From positions 1 to 36,604 of the forward strand of contig CAVSHO010000006.1 of assembly GCA_963727825.1 (NCBI GenBank): a stretch of 36,604 bases of DNA, written 5' to 3'. The translations under genes were made by a program, and so were the position numbers. Below, one piece after another: positions 29,195 to 36,604 of the stretch. The notes beneath the pieces were generated by a model, which saw only the letters and a list, made by a program, of their open reading frames with translations, searched no databases and was not told the origin of the DNA. Source of the stretch: Ignavibacteriota bacterium. Its GTDB lineage: Bacteria > Bacteroidota > Ignavibacteria > UBA10030. The first letter of the stretch is position 1; every line of letters starts with the position of its first letter.

Positions 29195-30280
29195 ATGCGC
29201 ATTGTTTTAGATGCTAGAAAATATTTCGATTTTGGTATTGGCACTTATATCCAAAACCTTATAGCGCATTTGGAATCACGTGCTGAATTAGTGCTTCTTG
29301 TTGCTCCAAATGATGCGCAGCAAATTGGTCAATTATGTAAGACTCAGAAGAGAATTAATCCATCAAAGAAGTACTCTATCAGAGAACTCTATTCAATTGC
29401 TGCAGATGCGAATAGACTTAAAGCAGATATATTTCATTCACCTCATTACACGGCTCCCTTTGGATTGAAGATGCCATGCGTTACAACTATCCATGATATT
29501 CTACATATTAGAGGAAAGGAATATTTTTCATTTCCGAAAAGGATGTATGCACAAATTATTATTGGTCATGCGTGCCGGTCTTCTACGGCGATTATTGTTG
29601 ATTCTGAATTTTCAAAACAAGAATTATTGGATGAGTTCAATGTGAATGAGGATCAAGTCCATGTTATTCATCTTGGCGTATCCTCCATTTATTCGAAAAA
29701 TTATTCAGAGGATGCTGTTCGAGCATTTCGAAATAAACACAATCTGACCAAACAAACTATTCTTTATACAGGCAGTCTTAAACCACATAAGAATGTTAGT
29801 ATTCTAATTCATGCCTTTGCCAACATGAAGCAACGATCGGACATCCAGCTTGCCTTTTCCGGAGAATCAATTAGACAAGAAAAACACCTCTGGGAATTAA
29901 TTAAGAAAAAAGGTATTACTCAAGATGTTATTGAGATCGGACAATGTTCTCGAGAAGAACTTGCACTTGCATACCGTGCTGCAGCAGTGGTCGTATTGCC
30001 GTCGTTGTATGAAGGGTTCGGCTTTTCAATATTGGAAGCAATGGCCTCTGGAACTCCGGCAATAGGAGCACGTGCAGGTTCGATTCCGGAAGTGATGGGT
30101 GATGGAGGTATATTATTCGATCCTCATTCTGTTGAAGAACTTTCGGTTGCATTAGAGCGGGTTTTAAATGATACAGAATTTCAGAGACAATTAGTACAAC
30201 GAGGATTGCAAAACGTCGCAAGATTTTCATGGGAAAGATGTGCAGAAAAAACGTTTCAAATTTATAAGGGTGTACAATGA
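29195..30280 (-). other. No feature on minus strand; see plus-strand GT4 entry
   Basis: Only shadow ORFs on the minus strand opposite the plus-strand GT4 gene. Confidence 0.1.
29195..30280 (+). CDS. GT4 family glycosyltransferase
   Basis: GIGTY, TIHD, KPHKN, PSLYEGFGFSILEAMASG (EX7E), FSWERCA. Confidence 0.93.
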   Translation: MRIVLDARKYFDFGIGTYIQNLIAHLESRAELVLLVAPNDAQQIGQLCKTQKRINPSKKYSIRELYSIAADANRLKADIFHSPHYTAPFGLKMPCVTTIHDILHIRGKEYFSFPKRMYAQIIIGHACRSSTAIIVDSEFSKQELLDEFNVNEDQVHVIHLGVSSIYSKNYSEDAVRAFRNKHNLTKQTILYTGSLKPHKNVSILIHAFANMKQRSDIQLAFSGESIRQEKHLWELIKKKGITQDVIEIGQCSREELALAYRAAAVVVLPSLYEGFGFSILEAMASGTPAIGARAGSIPEVMGDGGILFDPHSVEELSVALERVLNDTEFQRQLVQRGLQNVARFSWERCAEKTFQIYKGVQ

Positions 30281-30906
30281 AACATATCGGCATATTTGGC
30301 GGAACCTTTGATCCTCCTCATAATGGACATATAGCTATAGCAGAACAGGCAAAGAAACAACTTGGATTAGAATGTGTGTGGTTTATACCGTCATACATTC
30401 CGCCGCACAAACATCAGCATTCATCGACATCTGCACAACGTCGACTGAAAATGATTAAGTTAGCTATTGGTGGAAGGAAAAATTTTAAGATTTCTGCGAT
30501 TGAATTAAAACGCCGGGGAATATCATACACGATCGATACTTTGAAAGCATTCAAGCGACGATTCCCGAAAGCTGAATTGGTGCTCATCTTCGGCGCAGAT
30601 AATCTGATACAATTTAATACTTGGAAATCGCCGAAAACAATTCTTCAACTTGCTTCATTGGCAGTCTATAAACGAAAAGGATTTAGTCTATCATCGAAAC
30701 GTAACGCTATTGATTTTATTCTGTTAAAAGGTCAGATGCTTCAAGTATCTTCGACTGAAATCAGAAATAGAATTGAAAAAGGATTTCCTATTCAAGCTCT
30801 GGTTCCAAACCAAATCATTCTTTATATCAAACGGCATTCACTATACAGGATGCCGACACACATTCCTCTTAAAAGGCAGTTACATGAAAAGCACCGCGTC
30901 TGCTGA
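30277..30906 (+). CDS. nadD: Nicotinate-nucleotide adenylyltransferase
   Basis: [32 protein letters not shown]. Confidence 0.96.
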   Translation: MKHIGIFGGTFDPPHNGHIAIAEQAKKQLGLECVWFIPSYIPPHKHQHSSTSAQRRLKMIKLAIGGRKNFKISAIELKRRGISYTIDTLKAFKRRFPKAELVLIFGADNLIQFNTWKSPKTILQLASLAVYKRKGFSLSSKRNAIDFILLKGQMLQVSSTEIRNRIEKGFPIQALVPNQIILYIKRHSLYRMPTHIPLKRQLHEKHRVC

Positions 30907-33088
30907 CGCTGTAAATCGCATTATCAACACCGATCATCACGATCCATTTTCCGTGTTAGGCGCACACGTTGTGGATATTAAAGGCAAACGTGCTGTTGCA
31001 GTAAGAGCATTTCTGCCGGAAGCTAAGCAAGTGAGCGTCATAGTTGCAGCGACTTCCAATGAATATGAAATGGATAAAATAAAGGAGGAAGGGTTCTATG
31101 AAGTTGTGCTTGATGAATATTCCGAAGTATTTCCATACAAGTTGAAAAAAGTAACACAAGATAATTCAATAGAAATATTCAACGACCCTTATTCGTTTCT
31201 TCCAACGCTTACTGAATTTGATTTATACTTATTTAACAGCGGCGATCACCATCGCATTTATGATAAATTAGGATCTCACGCAATAGAAACAAATGGAGTG
31301 AAAGGCGTACAGTTTGCTGTTTGGGCTCCTAATGCTCGGAGCGTGAGTGTTGTCGGAAATTTCAACAATTGGGATCGGCGGAGGCATGCAATGCGTGTAC
31401 TTGGTGCTTCCGGTGTTTGGGAAATCTTTATTCCCGGATTAAAAGAGGGGGAACTCTATAAGTATCAGGTAAAAACGAAATCCGGCAGCATTCTCGATAA
31501 AGCCGATCCGTATGCAACAGAAATGGAACTGCGCCCAAAGACTGCTTCGAAAATAAATTTCCTTAGCCAATATGAATGGAAGGATGAAGAATGGATTAAA
31601 CGCCGCGCAGAATCAGATCATCTTGGAGAACCAATATCTGTCTACGAAGTACATTTTGGCTCTTGGGCGCGCATTATAGAAGAGAACAATCGATGGCTGA
31701 CTTACCGTGAAATAGCTGAGAAATTGGTAGCGTATGTTCGAGAACGAGGGTACACGCACATTGAATTGCTTCCTATTATGGAACATCCTTTCGATGCTTC
31801 TTGGGGATATCAAGTGACAGGATATTTCGCGCCAACGAGCCGTTTCGGTACTCCGCAAGAATTTATGTTTTTTGTGGATTACTGTCATCAAAATAACATT
31901 GGCGTGATTCTCGATTGGGTGCCTGCGCATTTTCCGAAAGATCAATATGCCCTTGCGCAATTTGACGGAACTCATCTCTATGAACATGCCGACCCGCGCA
32001 AAGGTGAACATCAAGATTGGGGAACATATATTTTTAATTACGGCAGAAAAGAGGTTCATAATTTTCTTATCAGTAACGCACTCTTCTGGATAGAAAAATA
32101 TCACGTTGATGGATTGCGTATTGACGCAGTTGCTTCGATGTTGTACTTAGACTATTCGCGCAAGAAAGGCCAGTGGATCCCGAATCAATATGGCGGGCGG
32201 GAAAATTTAGATGCGATTGCATTTCTGAAAGACACAAATCTTCTTGTTCACCAATATTTCCCAGGTACATTGACTATTGCTGAAGAATCCACTGCATGGC
32301 CCGGAGTGACAACCGATATTGCTTATGGCGGACTTGGTTTCAGTTTGAAATGGAATATGGGCTGGATGCACGATATGTTGAAGTATTTTTCAACCGACCC
32401 ACTTTTTCGCAAGGATCACCATAACAATCTCACATTTGCACTTTTATATGCATTCTCTGAACGCTTTTTATTGCCGCTATCACACGATGAAGTCGTACAT
32501 GGGAAATCTTCGCTCCTTCATAAAATGCCGGGTGATGACTGGCAGAAATTTTCAAGTCTCCGATTGCTGTACGGACTGATGTATGGATTCCCCGGAAAGA
32601 AATTGCTTTTCATGGGAGGCGAGTTTGCACAACGGGATGAATGGAACCACGAAAAATCTCTCGATTGGCACCTTACTCAATTTCCGCCGCATGCGGGAAT
32701 GCAGAAATGGATCTCGGATTTGAATCGTGTCTATCGAAGAGAAAGCGCACTCTATCAGGTCGATTTTCATTATTCCGGTTTTGAATGGATCGATTTTCAT
32801 GACAAAGCAAGCAGTGTCATCACGTTTATGAGGAAATCAAATGACGGAAAAGAGAAGATAATAGTCGTCTGTAACTTTACGCCCGTGCCGCGCCAGAATT
32901 ATCGGGTTGGCGTTCCGGACGGAGGATTGTACAGAGAAATATTAAACAGCGATTCATCTTATTACGAAGGCAGCAATGTCGGAAATGCCGGAGAGATTGA
33001 AGCAGAATCTATTCCTTGTCATAATCGAAAGTTTTCACTGAATCTTATTTTGCCTCCGCTTGCTGCTGTATTTTTAAAACATGTTTGA
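30884..33088 (+). CDS. glgB: 1,4-alpha-glucan branching enzyme (GH13)
   Basis: [54 protein letters not shown]; ATG 30884. Confidence 0.98.
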   Translation: MKSTASADAVNRIINTDHHDPFSVLGAHVVDIKGKRAVAVRAFLPEAKQVSVIVAATSNEYEMDKIKEEGFYEVVLDEYSEVFPYKLKKVTQDNSIEIFNDPYSFLPTLTEFDLYLFNSGDHHRIYDKLGSHAIETNGVKGVQFAVWAPNARSVSVVGNFNNWDRRRHAMRVLGASGVWEIFIPGLKEGELYKYQVKTKSGSILDKADPYATEMELRPKTASKINFLSQYEWKDEEWIKRRAESDHLGEPISVYEVHFGSWARIIEENNRWLTYREIAEKLVAYVRERGYTHIELLPIMEHPFDASWGYQVTGYFAPTSRFGTPQEFMFFVDYCHQNNIGVILDWVPAHFPKDQYALAQFDGTHLYEHADPRKGEHQDWGTYIFNYGRKEVHNFLISNALFWIEKYHVDGLRIDAVASMLYLDYSRKKGQWIPNQYGGRENLDAIAFLKDTNLLVHQYFPGTLTIAEESTAWPGVTTDIAYGGLGFSLKWNMGWMHDMLKYFSTDPLFRKDHHNNLTFALLYAFSERFLLPLSHDEVVHGKSSLLHKMPGDDWQKFSSLRLLYGLMYGFPGKKLLFMGGEFAQRDEWNHEKSLDWHLTQFPPHAGMQKWISDLNRVYRRESALYQVDFHYSGFEWIDFHDKASSVITFMRKSNDGKEKIIVVCNFTPVPRQNYRVGVPDGGLYREILNSDSSYYEGSNVGNAGEIEAESIPCHNRKFSLNLILPPLAAVFLKHV

Positions 33089-33107
33089 ATGATGTAAAAC
33101 TCATAAC

Positions 33108-33350
33108 TTATGTTACGCAGAACCAGCGTATATGTTTATAAACATGGAATGCAATAGAATGAAGTACACCACCCCATTTAAGAATAATCTGCGCATTTAT
33201 TGTAATTTCACTTCGTGGAATTACTTTATTACGCTCCTCCTCGTTTGAGCCTGCCCGCAGCAGGCGGGGAGGGGAAATCCCGACACGATACAAAATCGGG
33301 TCAGGAAGGGGAGGTGGACAACTTTAAAGTATATACAGAGCGTGACATCA
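33108..33350 (+). mobile_element. MITE-like intergenic element, copy C (two nested hairpins plus an extra AT-rich segment)
   Basis: Ends TTATGTTACGCA / AGCGTGACATCA; 33236-33321 nearly identical to the reverse complement of copy B. Confidence 0.85.
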
Positions 33351-33378
33351 ACTCACAATTTATATTCGAGAGGATACT

Positions 33379-34992
33379 ATGGCAGAAATAGAATCAGCGA
33401 AGGAAAATAAAACTGAGGGTGTTCTGCAGAAGACCTGGCAGGAAATATCTCAGCCGTTTATTGATCTTGTACATGCTCCGCGTGCGTTGTGGGGAGTGAA
33501 TCTTGCATATACCATCGAAGGATTATCCTACTTCGGGATTCTTACTTACCTTGCAATCCATTTTTCGGATTTTATTTTCAAAGGTGTTGATCATGCTGAT
33601 ATCTGGTCTCACGAAATGGTCATGGTACTCACCGCTGGTATTGCGATTGCAATGGTTGTTTTAGGATTCGTACCTGATAAATATGGTGTACGGCGTGCTC
33701 TTATTTTTTCCTTTGTTTTTCTCCTGATTGGCAGATTTGTGATGTCTGCTGCACCAACATTCTTTGGGTTGACACCTAATGGGGTGTGGTCATCTTTACA
33801 TATCGTCACTATGGTCGGAATTTTGTTTGTTATTATCGGTTATGGTGTTTATCAACCAGCTGCTTATGCTGCTGTTCGACAATTTACGACTCCGAAAACC
33901 GCTTCTATGGCGTATGCAATGCTGTATGCTCTTATGAATGCGGGGTCTTCCTTAGCGATGATGGCATTCATGCTTCGGGACGATAATTTCCTTGGTCTTG
34001 GAATCGTAGGAACATTTTGGTTCTACACGGCACTTACTCTTATTTCTCTTCTGTTAACTATTTTTATTTTATCGAAAAAAACCGTCGATACTGCAATCGC
34101 CCGAGCAAAAGCAGAAAATGCGGCAATAGCAGAAGAAAATAAATCTTCTCAAACACAGTCCAAACAAAACAAAAATGCGGCAAATCAAACGGCTACGCAG
34201 AAAAAAATTCCTATTACCGCCTGGATTGTTCTTGCAGGTATTTTGGTTGCCATATATTTCCGTGTGTCAGATCCATTGCGATATATTCTTGGAGCAATTG
34301 TAGTTCTTATTCCAATAATCATCTCAATTTTGCCTGATCGTTTCAAAGCGCCTATTATTCATTGGGTTGTCGTACATCCTTTGGCCGATCCGAGATTCTT
34401 TTTCTTTATTTTTGCACTTATGCCGGTGCAGACACTCTTCACTTACAATTGGCTTGTCTTGCCACAATATATTTCCCGGGCATTTGCCGGCGGTTGGATT
34501 GGCCAGTATTATGAAATAGGATCCAATGCAAATCCAATTCTTATATTTATTCTTGTGCCGGTCATTACGGCGCTCACGTACAAGAGAAATGTTTACAACA
34601 TGATGGTCTGGGGAACACTTGTTATGGGTTCATCAGCATTTGTTCTCGCACTTGGACCAACGCCTACAACGCTTATTGCCTACATTATTTTCATGACTAT
34701 CGGTGAAGCAATGTGGTCTGCCCGTTTTCTGCAATATGCCACTGAAATTGCGCCGGCAGATAGAGCAGGACAGTATCAAGGAGTGGCTCAACTTCCTTGG
34801 TTCCTCACAAAATTTCTTGTTCCATTACTCTACTCCGGTCAGATGATGGAGCGATATTGTCCAGCTGAAGGTACGAAAGACACGGGAACAATGTGGCTTA
34901 TTTTCGGATTTATTGCAGTGATAACGCCAATTTCATTATGGTTAGCCCGTAAATGGATGATGAAAGATTTCAAAACGAAGCATGAAGATTAG
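33379..34992 (+). CDS. MFS transporter (peptide/POT-like)
   Basis: 12+ TM segments; DKYGVRR motif A, YALMNAG, IGEAMWSARF..Y. Confidence 0.88.
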   Translation: MAEIESAKENKTEGVLQKTWQEISQPFIDLVHAPRALWGVNLAYTIEGLSYFGILTYLAIHFSDFIFKGVDHADIWSHEMVMVLTAGIAIAMVVLGFVPDKYGVRRALIFSFVFLLIGRFVMSAAPTFFGLTPNGVWSSLHIVTMVGILFVIIGYGVYQPAAYAAVRQFTTPKTASMAYAMLYALMNAGSSLAMMAFMLRDDNFLGLGIVGTFWFYTALTLISLLLTIFILSKKTVDTAIARAKAENAAIAEENKSSQTQSKQNKNAANQTATQKKIPITAWIVLAGILVAIYFRVSDPLRYILGAIVVLIPIIISILPDRFKAPIIHWVVVHPLADPRFFFFIFALMPVQTLFTYNWLVLPQYISRAFAGGWIGQYYEIGSNANPILIFILVPVITALTYKRNVYNMMVWGTLVMGSSAFVLALGPTPTTLIAYIIFMTIGEAMWSARFLQYATEIAPADRAGQYQGVAQLPWFLTKFLVPLLYSGQMMERYCPAEGTKDTGTMWLIFGFIAVITPISLWLARKWMMKDFKTKHED

Positions 34993-34994
34993 AA

Positions 34995-35777
34995 ATGCAT
35001 GTTGCTGTCGTTCAAACGAATCCGATTTTTGGTGAAGTAAAAAAGAACGTTGATAAGGCGCTATTGCTGATGGAAACAGCCCCAGCCGATCTTTATGTTC
35101 TGCCGGAGTTGTTTAACTCGGGTTATAATTTTATTGATGAAGCAGAAGTTAGAACTTTAGCTGAACCGGCAAATGGCTCAACTTATCACACGATTTATAA
35201 ATGGACAAAAAAGCATTCCTGCTATATTGTTTATGGATTTGCGGAACAAGCAGATAGGATATATAACTCGGCTGCGCTTGTCGGTCCTGACGGAATAGTT
35301 GGGATTTATCGCAAAGTGCATCTCTTTGACTGGGAGAATTTATTCTTCGCTCCTGGAAATCTCGGCTTTCCAGTATTCAATCTTCCATTTGGTAAAATTG
35401 GAATAATGATTTGTTTCGATTGGATGTATCCTGAAAGCGCACGTTCACTTGCGCTCAAAGGCGCACAGCTTATTGTTCATCCGTCAAATCTTGTCTTGCC
35501 AAATTGTCCTGATGCGATGGTGACGCGATGTTTGGAAAATAAAGTGTTCACTGCAACAGCAGATCGAGTCGGCGAGGAAAATAGGGGCGGAGTTGATCTG
35601 AAGTTTATCGGGGCGAGCGAGATTATCGCGCCAGACGGAAAAATTCTTTGCAGACTCGGAGTTCATGAACCTGCAATTTCAGTTGCCGATGTTGAACTTT
35701 CTCTTGCGAATAAAAAACAAATCAATGAATATAATAACCTATTCAATGGGCGAAGGCCGGATCAATACGACCTGTAA
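34995..35777 (+). CDS. Carbon-nitrogen hydrolase (nitrilase superfamily)
   Basis: E-K-C triad: LPELF, YRKVHLF, ICFDW.YPE. Confidence 0.93.
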   Translation: MHVAVVQTNPIFGEVKKNVDKALLLMETAPADLYVLPELFNSGYNFIDEAEVRTLAEPANGSTYHTIYKWTKKHSCYIVYGFAEQADRIYNSAALVGPDGIVGIYRKVHLFDWENLFFAPGNLGFPVFNLPFGKIGIMICFDWMYPESARSLALKGAQLIVHPSNLVLPNCPDAMVTRCLENKVFTATADRVGEENRGGVDLKFIGASEIIAPDGKILCRLGVHEPAISVADVELSLANKKQINEYNNLFNGRRPDQYDL

Positions 35778-36120
35778 TGTTTGTAGTGATAATGACGAAT
35801 TCTGTAAGTTAATCTGGAGTGTTGATAGTGTTTTCTTCCATCGTTGCACTAGCGTTTGATAATGCGTTACAGGGAATTTTTACAAGAATATAATCGCATT
35901 GGGCACTTGATTTTAAGTTGAAGAAGAAAGATATTGCTCGCGAATGAGGTATACCGAATTACTACAAATTCATAGTTCTTGGGATGGCGACTCATATAAA
36001 TGAGAATAAACCATCACACGCTTAGTATGTCTCTTGAGGTGGATGTAGTGTGCAATATTACAAAATTATAGACAAAGTCTATATATCATCCTATTACGGA
36101 CAAAATACAGACTAAGTCTA

Positions 36121-36366
36121 TCTAATCACATGTTAGGTTCCACAGGCAGCGCGCTTGTTGTTATTGTTACTTATTTGGTTTGGTATCGCGTTCTACTGGC
36201 TTTAAGTTTTTATTTGTATCGTACGAATTTCAATTATGGTTTCTTTCTATTAAGGCTGGCTGTCAAGAAGTATTAAATAATACGAGAGTTCAAAAGCAGT
36301 ACAGGTTAATTACCAAAAAGAATCTTGTTAATGCGCTGCCTGTGGTCAGCAAAATTAAAGTTGTGC
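36121..36366 (+). repeat. Long-loop degenerate attC-like inverted repeat
   Basis: CCACAGGCAGCGC (36140-36152) / GCGCTGCCTGTGG (36333-36345), perfect 13-bp inverted repeat; outer TCTAATC and GTTGTGC. Confidence 0.5.
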
Positions 36367-36419
36367 TATTGGAATCGAATTTCGTCTATCAAGAATATTT
36401 GTGCAACAAATTAATAATA

Positions 36420-36604
36420 ACCTAACCAGGTGCTCAAGCTGACGGTTGCAGCTAAGTACGTTAAGCATTGCTGGTGGTGGGTTATTGTTTTTATAATTAA
36501 CTTTTCAGTACCTCGCTGGTTGAGTAAATTAAATATGGTTATTAGCGTGAACTTATTTCGTTTGGTGAATATTGCAGCTTTTCAACGCCGCAGCTTAGCA
36601 CCCG
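36420..36604 (+). mobile_element. Integron attC site, unusually long, truncated by the window end
   Basis: R'' ACCTAAC; GGTGCT(C)AAGCTG(A)CGG pairs with CCGCAGCTTAGCACC, leaving two unpaired bases (G and T on the bottom strand). Confidence 0.85.

Noticed and set aside
36180-36425. 81-aa ORF ending in the attC inverse core
   Set aside because: TTG start without an RBS and it runs through the loop and right arm of an inverted repeat; probably spurious, although its stop falls within ACCTAAC.
1-36604. CRISPR array, tRNA/rRNA, integrase or reverse transcriptase
   Set aside because: No regularly spaced direct repeats, cloverleafs or corresponding protein motifs were seen.

Overview
AT-rich bacterial chromosomal fragment, probably FCB group/Ignavibacteria-like (inferred from DUF4835, PorV-like and HEAT-cyclophilin genes and the cmk-ispH-rpsA order). 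Most of it is housekeeping: menG/ubiE, tatD, cmk-ispH-rpsA-mtaB-truA-CBS-trpF, a flippase with GT4 genes, nadD-glgB, and an MFS-nitrilase pair. An accessory segment at about 10.2-17.8 kb carries a RAYT transposase with an internal GTAG palindrome, an ORF6N remnant, cassette-like ORFs bounded by decayed attC-like ends, and a tandem pair of exported paralogs. The most striking non-coding signals are: (1) three copies of a ~170-240 bp MITE-like intergenic element, two of which carry the same 19-bp and 29-bp nested hairpins that the third lacks; (2) a very long attC with canonical geometry at the right edge, preceded by a second long-loop attC-like stem and with no integrase in the window; (3) a candidate structured ncRNA upstream of the RAYT that also contains nested hairpins. 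One glycosyltransferase is frameshifted, and two enzymes (TrpF, amidohydrolase) appear to have lost catalytic residues. All family calls come from motif recognition by eye, not database searches.
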